DNA of 64,000 bases from a bacterium (GTDB taxonomy: Archaea > Thermoplasmatota > E2 > JACPAO01 > JAHFTW01), in contig JAZJZE010000005.1 of NCBI GenBank assembly GCA_040390065.1, forward strand, positions 385,521 to 449,520, given 5' to 3'. Made by a program: the position numbers and the translations under genes. The notes beneath the pieces were generated by a model. The model did not search any database, was not told where the DNA came from, and saw nothing but the letters and a program-made list of their open reading frames with translations. Positions 36,474-46,044 of this stretch are shown here, one piece after another (position 1 is the stretch's first letter; every line of letters starts with the position of its first letter).

Positions 36474-36699
36474 CCGTCGAGGGCGATGGCCGCTCAATCG
36501 GTTCGCGATTTGGACGGTACGACTCTATCAGAAGCGCACGGCCGACAAGCCACACAAGTGCTTGCATTACCCCACATGCTCGACGTTCAGCATCCTGGCG
36601 TTTGAGAAGTACGGCTTTTTCCTGGCTTCGCTCAAGACCATGAAGCGCATTCGGCTCTGCAATCCGTTTTCGACGCTGCCGTACGAAGACTACCCCTGA
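36421..36699 (+). CDS. yidD: YidD-like membrane protein insertion efficiency factor
   Basis: RLYQ...KCLHYPTCS.F...A.EKYG......KRI..CNPF....D.P with three conserved Cys; true start unclear. Confidence 0.75.
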   Translation: MRKASRFAMPTPKSSTASRRGRWPLNRFAIWTVRLYQKRTADKPHKCLHYPTCSTFSILAFEKYGFFLASLKTMKRIRLCNPFSTLPYEDYP

Positions 36700-36832
36700 A
36701 AATACCTGAGTGCGGCTAGTTGTTTCCGGCGTGGGAGGCCGAGCTCAAGGACCCCTGGTTTGGCGGCGCCATGATTGCGGGCTCCCCATGTGGCATCTGC
36801 TTCGGCGCACACTGTCCCGGAGGGGAGAAAAA

Positions 36833-37744
36833 TCATTCCAGGCTGTCACGTTGCCACGGAATCATTGCCACCCTTTTCTGATGTGCCTGCCGTTCCCGGC
36901 TAGAGATAAAAGACGACAAATGGCGCTGGAGATCTGGCGTGTCCCACGCAACCTCCATGTTGGCCTTCAGCCATCCCCACGTATCGCCGGCATCGAGCCG
37001 CTGCCCCGAAACAAGAACGGCCGACATTCCCTCATCGATGGCAAGGTTAGCTAACGCCTCGGTTAGCTGGATTTCCCCACCGAGGCCTGGAGCCGCCGCA
37101 GCCAGTATCGAGAAAATTCTCGGCGTCAAGACGTAACGTCCAACTACCGCGAGATCGCTAGGAGCCTTGGCAGCCGCAGGCTTTTCTTCCAAGGTTCGTA
37201 CGCGATAAACGCCAGGCCGAAATTCCTCGTTCAAGCCGAATACGCCGTATCGACTGATGTCCGCGCCCGAAACGCGAACCCCACCAACTGCCGATAGCCC
37301 CGTCTGGTCATGGACATCCATGAGTTGCTTCGTTGCGGGTACCGGACCGCGAACTATGTCGTCGGCCAGGAGGACGGCAAACGGCTCATTTCCAACAAAA
37401 TTCCGAGCGCACAGCACAGCATGACCTAGACCCCGCGGTGCATCTTGCTGCACGTAGTGGATGTTGACGATCTGACTACCACCTGTCAAGCGTAGCGCTG
37501 TACCGACCTCGGGGTTGCGCCCGATTTGCCGCTCAACTTCAACGGTTCGGCCAAAGTGGTCCTGGATGGCGCGCGCCCCCGGCCCCGTGACAATCAAGAT
37601 TTCGTCACAGCCTGATTCCACGGCTTCCTCGACCACGTACTGGATGACCGGCTTGTCAACGACCGGCAGCATTGCCTTCGGCATGGAATGGGTCGCAGCG
37701 AGCATGCGAGTACCCAAGCCTCCCGCTGGAATGACCGCCTTCAT
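36833..37744 (-). CDS. galU: UTP--glucose-1-phosphate uridylyltransferase
   Basis: KAVIPAGGLGTRML.AT...PK.MLPVVDKP, Q..PRGLGHAV, EKP, GEIQLT. Confidence 0.92.
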   Translation of the reverse strand: MKAVIPAGGLGTRMLAATHSMPKAMLPVVDKPVIQYVVEEAVESGCDEILIVTGPGARAIQDHFGRTVEVERQIGRNPEVGTALRLTGGSQIVNIHYVQQDAPRGLGHAVLCARNFVGNEPFAVLLADDIVRGPVPATKQLMDVHDQTGLSAVGGVRVSGADISRYGVFGLNEEFRPGVYRVRTLEEKPAAAKAPSDLAVVGRYVLTPRIFSILAAAAPGLGGEIQLTEALANLAIDEGMSAVLVSGQRLDAGDTWGWLKANMEVAWDTPDLQRHLSSFISSRERQAHQKRVAMIPWQRDSLE

Positions 37745-39114
37745 TTCTCGGCTCCGTTCCCAACGGCGTTGCCGGTCGGGTAGCCTGGGGCGACGCCGAC
37801 CCCCTGTACCTGCCAACCATGTTTGACAAGGTCGTCGAAGGGCAGACTGTTTCTGGCGTCAAGCAGGCGGGCCGCCTTCGCAATCGAGTGAAGGCCGCCC
37901 CAGTCCAATGAGGCGTATTCGGGCCATTCCGTCATGTGCACGACAACATCGGCGTCCTGGACGGCAAGGGTCACCTGCGCCGCCTGCCGAACGCCGACAA
38001 TCTGCGATGCGTTCGGCAGGATTGCGATGGGGTCGTGCATCGTGACGGCGGCCCCTTTGGAGACCAGCGCTTCCGCCAGGAGGAGCCCGGGCGCGCCACG
38101 TGAGTCGTCCGTCCCAGGCTTGAAGGAGATTCCGAGAATTGCCACGCGTTTGCCGATAGGCTTTCCGTCAAGCGCGCCCTCAACCTTGCCGAGGATACGC
38201 CGCCATTGGGCCTCGTTGGTTCGTTCGGCGGCCTCCGCCACCGGCATCCCTAGATTATGGGTTCTGGCAACAGCGGCAAGGCCGCGGACGTCTTTGGACA
38301 AGCACGACCCTCCGTACCCAATTCCCGGACGCAGGAATTCTGGTCCGATGCGGCTATCATCACCTAGAATCATGGCCACATGGCGCACGTCGGCGCCAAG
38401 CGCATCGCACAGGTTGGCGACTTCGTTAATGAGACTGATGCGAACGGCCAGGAACGCGTTTGCGGCATATTTTGACATTTCGGCGGTTCGCCGGTCGACG
38501 AAGTGGCGCGGTGCTTCTGGGCGGATGTCGGTCCACAACGAGGCCACGAGTCTCGCGGAAGCGAGAGGGCCGCCGAAGACGAGCCGTCTGGGTGCCAAGA
38601 AATCACGGACAGCGGTGCCTTCTGCCAGGAATTCTGGTGAATTCACGACTTCGATGTCCTGGCGACCACTTGCCTGCATTTGGGCGGCTAGCAAGTCGCC
38701 GGTTCCCGGGGGCACGGTGCTAGAAATCACCAAGACGATTCCGCGTGGGGCCGCTGCCGCCACGCTAACCGCGGCGGCTTGCACGAACGATAGGTCGGCG
38801 GTCCCGTCGGCAGCGGCGGGGGTGCCCACGGTCAGAATCGCGATGCTGGCCGTCGACAAGGCTGGCGCCAACGCAGAGTCAAACTTGAGGTGACCGAGAG
38901 CCTTTGCGGCGCGCACCACGCGGCCAAGATCAGGTTCGCTGAAGGGAAGCCGACCCTCCAGCAGCGCCTGGATACGGCCAGGGTCGATGTCGACGCAGGT
39001 GACGTTGTGTCCCTTTTCGGCCAGGCACGCCCCTGTGACCAGGCCGACATGGCCGGTTCCCACGATGACCACGTTCCGGAATTGCGGACCTCCGAAGCCG
39101 TCGTGGTCGTTCAT
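37741..39114 (-). CDS. ugd: UDP-glucose/GDP-mannose dehydrogenase
   Basis: GTGHVG, VGTP, STVPPGT, PEFLAEG, KYAAN.FLA..IS, GYGGSCL.KD, FKPGTDD.R. Confidence 0.92.
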   Translation of the reverse strand: MNDHDGFGGPQFRNVVIVGTGHVGLVTGACLAEKGHNVTCVDIDPGRIQALLEGRLPFSEPDLGRVVRAAKALGHLKFDSALAPALSTASIAILTVGTPAAADGTADLSFVQAAAVSVAAAAPRGIVLVISSTVPPGTGDLLAAQMQASGRQDIEVVNSPEFLAEGTAVRDFLAPRRLVFGGPLASARLVASLWTDIRPEAPRHFVDRRTAEMSKYAANAFLAVRISLINEVANLCDALGADVRHVAMILGDDSRIGPEFLRPGIGYGGSCLSKDVRGLAAVARTHNLGMPVAEAAERTNEAQWRRILGKVEGALDGKPIGKRVAILGISFKPGTDDSRGAPGLLLAEALVSKGAAVTMHDPIAILPNASQIVGVRQAAQVTLAVQDADVVVHMTEWPEYASLDWGGLHSIAKAARLLDARNSLPFDDLVKHGWQVQGVGVAPGYPTGNAVGNGAEK

Positions 39115-39175
39115 AGCCAAAGGTAGGATTACCCCTCGTTAAACCGATGCCCCGGCGGTTTCTTCGACCGGGGCG

Positions 39176-40126
39176 CTACGCAAAGGGGGCTGCGGCGGCG
39201 CGGGGCGTGGCGTCCTGCCACACTGGAGGTAGATGCGGCGGGCGAAGGTGCGGGTCTGGGGCGAGGGCGGCCGCGACGAATTGAGGAACCCCTGGTCCCG
39301 CTGCCTGAAGGGCAGAGGAGGCGAGCGCCTCCTCAGAAATGGCGGCATGCGTCCTGGCATACTCGTCCCACGCCTCTTGGGGCGGATGAATCAGATTTGT
39401 GTAGGGTGGGCGCCCTGTAGCAACAGTGAAAATTGATGACCCGAGAGAAAAGAAGTCGGCGCGGCGGTCCAGAATGTTGCGGCATTCCATGATTTGTTCA
39501 GGGGCCCAATGTACCCATTTCCCTGAACCCAAGCGATACGGCGCTGGAGTGCGCGCAACCATGTCTTTCTCGGACCGGACGCTACCCACGTCGACGAAGA
39601 CGGTGCGCCCAGTTCGGTCGTCGACAACGAGGTTAGCGGGCTTGAAGTCGCGCATGACAAATGCCCCCCTTGGGCTCTCGTGAAACCTTGGGAATAGTTG
39701 CACGGCGGCTTCAAGCAGGCTTCGGACCAACTTGACTCGGCGGCTGGCAGACGTCGCCCCATGAAGAATATCTGACAGCGCGATCCCGGGCACATATTCG
39801 CGTGCGAGGAACCCGCCGTCTAGGCTCTTGGCAACGAGGCGGGGTACGGCGTCGCACCGAAGGGCGCCGAGGATCATCTCTTCTCGACGCAGAGTTGATT
39901 CGGCGGCTGCCGCCTCTTGGGCCGTTCTCCCGGCATAGGCCGGGACCTTCACGACAACGTCATCCCCTGTCTTCATTCGCAGCAAGAACAGTGCGCCCTG
40001 CCCGCCAACCGATAACTGGCGGATGGACGTGCATTCCGCGTCAATTGCACGGAAGGCTTCCGTCAGGCGGGCGGCAATTCGAGGATGCTGCGCCGCGTGG
40101 CGAATTTGGTCGCTACCTGTCTGCAC
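39176..40126 (-). CDS. Hanks-type Ser/Thr protein kinase
   Basis: GGQGALF, VVVK, helix C Glu, RDFKPANL, DVGS (DFG variant), APEQ, DFFSLG. Confidence 0.85.
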   Translation of the reverse strand: MQTGSDQIRHAAQHPRIAARLTEAFRAIDAECTSIRQLSVGGQGALFLLRMKTGDDVVVKVPAYAGRTAQEAAAAESTLRREEMILGALRCDAVPRLVAKSLDGGFLAREYVPGIALSDILHGATSASRRVKLVRSLLEAAVQLFPRFHESPRGAFVMRDFKPANLVVDDRTGRTVFVDVGSVRSEKDMVARTPAPYRLGSGKWVHWAPEQIMECRNILDRRADFFSLGSSIFTVATGRPPYTNLIHPPQEAWDEYARTHAAISEEALASSALQAAGPGVPQFVAAALAPDPHLRPPHLPPVWQDATPRAAAAPFA

Positions 40127-41187
40127 GGAAGGTCATCACCGCCTGTTCGTAGGTCGCACGGAGGCGGCTCGTCACGGCATCAAGAGAATGCCGGGCTCGG
40201 ACGCGCGGGGCCACGACGTGCTCAAGATGCTCCTGAAAGTCGTCTGCGTCGACGAGCCCGAGGACGGCGTCCGCCAAAGCGTTGGGGTCGTTGGCTTCAA
40301 CTAGAACGCCCGAATCCGTGTGCGTCACAATATCTGGAATGCTCCCGGTCGCGGTGGTGACGACGGGAAGCCCCATGGCCTGTGCCCACAAGATTGTTTG
40401 TGGAGTGCCGTCGGCGTTCCCATCGTCCGCTACGCGCGCCGGATGGACGAGGATCCCGGATTGCGCCATCGCAGCCAGGGTGGCGTCCAATCCTTGGAAT
40501 CCACGCCACGTCACCCGAGGTTCAACCCCTAAGTCAGAAGCCAGCTTCTGAAGCTCGTGCCGGCAGGGTCCATCGCCTATGATCGTCATAGTGAAACCTG
40601 CGGGAAGACGAGAAAGTGCCGCCAAGGAAATGTCGACCCCCTTTTTTTGGGACGAGCCTAGCCACCACAAGGAGCGAAAAAGGATTCCGCTTTGAGGGCC
40701 TGGGCAGCCGGTGCAAATCGATGGCAACGGGTAACACGACAATTGGACGTTGGACGCCGAGCCGGCGCAGACGTTGAACGTCCGAGGGCCCGACCACCGT
40801 AAGCGCATCGGCCCGGGTTGCGACCGCGCGAGTCCACGGTGAGTAGCGGCTATCGAAAATCTTGGCATTGGTGTCAAAACCACCGTGAAAACTAAGGATA
40901 AATGGAAGCCCGGCGGCCACGGCAGCGCGACCCGCTCGCAGGGCCGTCCGGCCATCATAGACCGCGTGCACTACGTCCAAGGCATCTGGGCCGAAGGTCA
41001 GTGGGCCGCGCGAGTAAGGGACGCGCTCGACCACGTTTTCAAATGTGAAGTGATCTGTGAATTCCTTTGCATAGACGTGAAACTCGCAATCCGCCAATCG
41101 TGCTACCAGCATGGCCATGCCGTGATGCGTCGGTTCGAGAAAACGGTGCGTGACCAATGCAATGCTCAGACGCCCATTTTCCGACAT
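40113..41187 (-). pseudogene. GT4 glycosyltransferase split by a +1 frameshift at a homopolymer run
   Basis: The N-half ends ...VVARLVPKKG; the C-half resumes KKGVDISL...ADGTP....AQAMGLPVVTT in another frame. The shift is at A7G5 (40637-40648). Confidence 0.8.
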
Positions 41188-41233
41188 GGCGGTCACGGGC
41201 GCGCTCCCGGCGGTGTCCCGATACGGCACGATT

Positions 41234-41845
41234 TCACGAACCTTCTCGGCGGGATTGCCATTCCTGCCGGGACATTCGAAGATCAACGATCTCAATCGGA
41301 CTGCCGTCTGGTCGCGTGCGGACCGAACGTCCCACGATCCGCATTCCAAGGGCCTCGTTCAGTCGCGCCGCTCTTTCGTTCCCAACGACGTAACTCGTGC
41401 GCACGCTGGACAAGTCAAAATGTCGTAGAAAGCGGTCCGCCAGGGATGCGCCGGCGTCGAAGGCTGCGGACGCCTGCCGGCCACCCGTGGCCAGAGCAAC
41501 CGGTGCCGCGGTCGTCGCGACCACTGCAATCCTACCGGCGGCTACCGACCGATCGACCGGATCCCAATCTGTCCATCCAATCGTGCCGAGAAATCGCCCG
41601 TCGCTTCGATTTCTGATACATAGAATGGCCTCCCATGGCCGGTTCGTTTCCGAAAGAATCCAAGCGCGGTTCGTTTCCTCACCAAGAACTGTGTCATCGA
41701 TGAACCAACGCCGGACGGCCGGCGAGTTGCGCAGGCCCGTCATGGAAGAGACGTCGTCAGGCCGTGGCCATTCCAGGAACGTGAAGACCCCGGTCGCCAC
41801 AACGCCGCTGGTCGGGAATTCCTGGAATGGCACTCCGTCCGTCAT
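41234..41845 (-). CDS. GNAT (RimJ/PseH-like) N-acetyltransferase
   Basis: LRNSPAVRRWF, FLGTIG, N.RA..L...LG; coupled to the aminotransferase (ATGA). Confidence 0.72.
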   Translation of the reverse strand: MTDGVPFQEFPTSGVVATGVFTFLEWPRPDDVSSMTGLRNSPAVRRWFIDDTVLGEETNRAWILSETNRPWEAILCIRNRSDGRFLGTIGWTDWDPVDRSVAAGRIAVVATTAAPVALATGGRQASAAFDAGASLADRFLRHFDLSSVRTSYVVGNERAARLNEALGMRIVGRSVRTRPDGSPIEIVDLRMSRQEWQSRREGS

Positions 41846-42957
41846 GCAACGACCCGCGCGGGTTGGACGGCAGCGCATACGGCGGCTCCCACGGTGTCAA
41901 CCTCTTCCAAGCTCATCGCCGGATAGGCGGGCAACGTCACGATTTCCGACGCGGCTTGTTCGGCCGAAGGGCACCTCTTGCCCAACGCAGCAAAGAGCGG
42001 GTGTTTCGACAGCGAGTCATAATGCAGACCGGAAGCAATTCCCGCTTTGGCCAGGGCTGCGCGCAGTCGGTCTCGGCCCCACGTCACTCGGACGACATAC
42101 ATGAGGCGCGAGTCATCGGGCCCTCTGGGCAGCAGACGAACATGGGGTTCCAGAATCCCAAGCCTCCGGTCCAAACGATGCGCAATTTCCTGTCGGCGCG
42201 CCCGGGTTGCGGCGAGGGAATCGATTCCGGTCTGGGCGATTGCAGCCGCGATGTCGTTCAACCGCAGTTTGAGCCCCGACTCCCCAGAATAATGTTCCGA
42301 GGCATGCACCGGCGTGGAGGTACGCGTCATAGTATCCGTTTCTAATCCCAGGTTGGAAAGACTGCGGGCGCGGGCTTCATCCAGCATGTGCTGGCCCCAG
42401 AGCATTCCGCCCTCCCCTCCAGGTGCTTCCTTCACCCCGTTGAAGCTGTAGCATGCGAGGTCGCCCAGCGGGCCGCGAGCGTCGAGGAGGTCGAGTCGGT
42501 GGGCGCAGTCCTCGACCAAAACGAGGCCCCGCGAATCGCACAGCTGCCTGAAGCTTGCCGTTTCCGCTCGCTGCCCATACAAGTGAACCACGACAATCGC
42601 ACGTGTTTTCGCCGTGATTTGTTCCGCCGCCGTTTCCGGGGTCACCATCAGGCTAACCGGATCGACGTCCGCAATCCTGACCTTGAAGCCCGCTTCCTTG
42701 AAGGCCATTGCAGTCGCGACGTACGTCAGGGCGGGCACGATGACCTCATCTCCCACCTTCGGCGAGAGGAGACGGCCGGCCGTGAAGAGGGCCGCGGTAC
42801 AAGACGACGTGCCAACGGCCCAGCCGCCACGGCCCTCGACGAAGCCTTGCTCAAGCGCGCGAGATGCGGGCCCATAGCCAATCCAGCCCGAGCTCAGGCA
42901 TCGTCGAACGGCCTCGATGGCCTCGGGTGGAAGCGCAGGCCTCACGAGGGGAATCAT
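41842..42957 (-). CDS. DegT/DnrJ/EryC1/StrS sugar aminotransferase
   Basis: SSCTAAL, GDEVIVPALTY, VHLYGQ, VEDCAH, SFNGVK (PLP Lys), GEGG. Confidence 0.92.
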   Translation of the reverse strand: MIPLVRPALPPEAIEAVRRCLSSGWIGYGPASRALEQGFVEGRGGWAVGTSSCTAALFTAGRLLSPKVGDEVIVPALTYVATAMAFKEAGFKVRIADVDPVSLMVTPETAAEQITAKTRAIVVVHLYGQRAETASFRQLCDSRGLVLVEDCAHRLDLLDARGPLGDLACYSFNGVKEAPGGEGGMLWGQHMLDEARARSLSNLGLETDTMTRTSTPVHASEHYSGESGLKLRLNDIAAAIAQTGIDSLAATRARRQEIAHRLDRRLGILEPHVRLLPRGPDDSRLMYVVRVTWGRDRLRAALAKAGIASGLHYDSLSKHPLFAALGKRCPSAEQAASEIVTLPAYPAMSLEEVDTVGAAVCAAVQPARVVA

Positions 42958-44159
42958 GGATGATCCTTCCCCTGCGCCTGCACGCGAGCGAAGACGCCGG
43001 CGTAGTCGCGTGCCTCATCGTCGGGTGTCCGCTGCAACATTTTTTCAGCTGCCGCCTGGCCCATCCGGTGGACCGCTTCCCGGTTGCGATTCAGCCTTTG
43101 CAAGGCAGCGGCAAGGGAATCCGAGTCCCCTGCCGGAACGAGCAAGCCGTTCACATTGTCGGTAATCACATCTGAAAAGAAGTGCGACGCAACCGGACAT
43201 AGCCCCATGGCCATTCCTTCCAGCAGGCCATTTGCCATTCCATCATCCAGACTTGGCATTACCACGACGTCGCAGCCGGCGGCCCAGCTGGCCACGTCGT
43301 CGCGCGGCACCATCCCAGACACGAATGCGTGGCCACGGTCTTTCAGCGTTTGCCAAGCGGTTCCACAAAGTCGAAGCTCCATGGAGCCCAAATCCGGGCC
43401 CACCACCAGGAAGCGTACCGGCGAGTCCGGCCCCAGAGCGCCCAGCGCTTCGACGAGCGGCGCAACGCCCTTCTTCTCGCGAAGGGTTCCGATGAAGACG
43501 ATGCGAAGCGCGGACTCGTCCCAACCTGTTGCACGGGCCAGGGCTGCTCGGCTTTGCGCGCGTGAATGCGTGCTTCCCCCACGGACGCTATTCGGTATGA
43601 CCAGGGTCTTGTTGGCCACATTCGGATGAGCCAGCAACAACCGTTCGCGCAGGTGGTCGTTGACGCAGACCACGGTATCCGCACCCTGGACAATCCACGA
43701 GATGACGCCGAAGCGTTCAACATGAAACATGTTGCGCCCAAGATCATTGCCGCGGATACCGGCAACGAACGGCACCCGGAGATGACGGGCCACATATTGG
43801 GCAAGGAATCCCGCATTCAGAAGATAGAATGCCAAGATGACGTCGACGCCCTGGCGCCTCAGAATCTGCGACATGGCCTCGAAAGCGCGCCTTCTCAGCG
43901 TGGCTTTCACTTTCTCGGGCACCTGGTCGGCGGACAGCGCCGGCTGTTTCAGAAAGAACGGCCCAATCCGACTGACCTGCACGCCCTGGTCGAGCTCTTC
44001 AATGCAGTAGTCCGCCGAGGCAACATCCCGCGAATGGTCGAAGCAGATCACATGGACCTCGACGCCTTGCCTGACCAAGGCCCGAGCGACGCGTTGGGCG
44101 CTCGTGGCAACCCCCCCATCGGTTGGCGGGTAGTGCTCCGACACAAACCCAATCTTCAT
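42954..44159 (-). CDS. GT4 family glycosyltransferase
   Basis: EHYPP..GG, RGND, FIG.LREKKG, PSLDDGMANGLLEGMA.G. Confidence 0.88.
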   Translation of the reverse strand: MKIGFVSEHYPPTDGGVATSAQRVARALVRQGVEVHVICFDHSRDVASADYCIEELDQGVQVSRIGPFFLKQPALSADQVPEKVKATLRRRAFEAMSQILRRQGVDVILAFYLLNAGFLAQYVARHLRVPFVAGIRGNDLGRNMFHVERFGVISWIVQGADTVVCVNDHLRERLLLAHPNVANKTLVIPNSVRGGSTHSRAQSRAALARATGWDESALRIVFIGTLREKKGVAPLVEALGALGPDSPVRFLVVGPDLGSMELRLCGTAWQTLKDRGHAFVSGMVPRDDVASWAAGCDVVVMPSLDDGMANGLLEGMAMGLCPVASHFFSDVITDNVNGLLVPAGDSDSLAAALQRLNRNREAVHRMGQAAAEKMLQRTPDDEARDYAGVFARVQAQGKDHP

Positions 44160-44413
44160 CGATTTGTCACCGTTTCCGACGATTGGTGATTGCTAATTAT
44201 AGGATTGGGTCGCAAACAGACGGACGGCTTTCGGGCTACGTCGGGCCCGCCCGCCGACCCCGGTGTTCCGTGCGAGACCTCGTCGTCCCGGCCAGGGGTT
44301 TCCGCCACCAGGGCGTGGCTCAAGGAAAACAGAATTGGGGGGAAGGCCGCTGGCGGCATGCGAGCAACCGCTCGTAAACAACACCTTCAAGCGCTAGGCG
44401 CCTTGCCCCGCCT

Positions 44414-45005
44414 GTGCCCACGGGAAGAGTGGAAGCCCGCCTTCCCCCCGGCTCTCAGGCACCTGAACGGTTTCTGGTGACCGGCGCAGCTGGATTCATC
44501 GGATCCACGGTTTGCCGTCTGCTGGCGAGCGAGGGCTCGGACGTCGTCGGCATCGACAACCTCAACGGCACCGCACACCCCGCACTCCAAGCATGGCGGC
44601 TTGAACAACTGCGGCCGCTGGACAGATTCTCGTTTGTACAAGCCAGCATCGACGACCGGGCGGCAATCGGGGAGGTTCTTGATGCCGGCTCTTGGGACGG
44701 CATCATCAACCTGGCGGGCCTCGGTGGAGTCCGGTCAAGCCTACGCGACCCATGGGGCCACCTTAGGACGAACGCTGCGGGGACCCTGAACCTTCTGGAT
44801 CTGTGTCGGAGCCGCGACATCAAGCGCTTCCTGTTGGCTTCGACATCAAGCCTGTACGGCCGCAACAATTCCACGCCGTTCCATGAGGACGCGGATACGA
44901 CTCGGCCGTTGTCGCCCTATGCGGCATCAAAGGCGGCAGCCGAAGCAATGGCTGCGGCTTATGCACACCTCTACGGCATCAATGTTGCCGTCCCGCGGTA
45001 CTTTT
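44414..45005 (+). pseudogene. NAD-dependent epimerase (UDP-glucuronate 4-epimerase-like), 3'-truncated
   Basis: TGAAGFIG, NLAG..GVR.S, ASTSSLYG, PLSPYAASK. Similarity stops at PRYFS, where ..VYGP is expected; the ORF runs on to 45169 in antisense integrase sequence. Confidence 0.75.
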
Positions 45006-46044
45006 CACCCCGAAGGATCTTGAGTTCCAAATCGTTGATGCCAGTCCCAAGGGCGTACGTGGTGGAGAAGCCGCGGAAGCAATGGCTGTTGAATCGCTCC
45101 TCCCGCTTCTTTTCGCGACCAGTCATGAGGCCTATGCGCTTGGCGTTCTTGTGGAGGGTGGTGCGGTAGTTGCCCCGCCAGCCCTTGCCCCAAGGCAGAC
45201 CTCGTTGAGTGATGGCAAACCGTGTTGTGACGGGTTTGCCATCGTCGTCTCGTTGCACGTGGTCGTCACGCCATGGCAGGTAACGGTCGGTAAGCCAAGT
45301 CTTGAGTTCCCGGTCGAAGATGATGCGGTGGTTGCCTAGGCGTTTGCCCCCCATGGCGCGGTTCCGTGGAATCTCAGCCCAGCCTTGCTCCAGGTTCCAC
45401 ATTCCTGGGACCATGTCGAGTTTCAGGACCTCGTGCATCCGGACGAAGCATTTCGCCTGCACGAGGTAGGGCGTTCCGTGTTGCACTGGCGATTCGAGCA
45501 CAATGCGCTTCACGTCGGGCATGGTTAGTTCGCGGGTGCGAGCGTTGCGGCTTCGTTCAGCGAACAGCTCCCGGTGGCGCTGCTCGAAGGACGCGCGGGG
45601 CCCGGCAATCGGATTCACTGCGACGTGACCTTCCATCAACAGCCATTCGTAGAGGGCATTCATGGTCCGAAGGTACGAGCGCACCCCGGTCGGATCGAGG
45701 GGCGCGTAGCGCGGGCATGATTGAGGCGCGGCTCCGGTCAGAAGGGGGCATGACTGGACGGCCAAACCGACGTTGCACTTTGGGTCCGCCCCCCGAAGGT
45801 GTTTGCACTTGCCTTCGAGGCGTTGGATGGCCGTTTCAACGTCGTGAGCTTCCAGCTGAGTAAGGAGCGTGGAGCCCCAAAGGCGTGCGAAGGCCTTGGC
45901 TTCCTTGGGGTAGTGCTCGAGTACGCTCTGAGCCGAACCCTTGTGCTCCAATGCGTCTGCCCAGGTCGTGATGATTTCGTCGCTGCTGGCCCACACGCGG
46001 CGCTGTGGGGCCGGAGTCTTCCTAAGGGGCTCCATCCAGCTCAT
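44971..46044 (-). CDS. Tyrosine recombinase/integrase, probably lacking its catalytic-Tyr C-terminus
   Basis: Y...MNALYEWL..EG....NP, R..E (VRMHE), K, HCFR, LRG. The last 11 or so codons are antisense epimerase sequence. ATGA overlap with the upstream gene. Confidence 0.8.
   Translation of the reverse strand: MSWMEPLRKTPAPQRRVWASSDEIITTWADALEHKGSAQSVLEHYPKEAKAFARLWGSTLLTQLEAHDVETAIQRLEGKCKHLRGADPKCNVGLAVQSCPLLTGAAPQSCPRYAPLDPTGVRSYLRTMNALYEWLLMEGHVAVNPIAGPRASFEQRHRELFAERSRNARTRELTMPDVKRIVLESPVQHGTPYLVQAKCFVRMHEVLKLDMVPGMWNLEQGWAEIPRNRAMGGKRLGNHRIIFDRELKTWLTDRYLPWRDDHVQRDDDGKPVTTRFAITQRGLPWGKGWRGNYRTTLHKNAKRIGLMTGREKKREERFNSHCFRGFSTTYALGTGINDLELKILRGEKYRGTATLMP

Noticed and set aside
20400-36699. 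Provirus or conjugative (T4SS) interpretation of the island
   Set aside because: No recognisable capsid, terminase, portal, VirB4/VirD4 ATPase, relaxase or replication protein.
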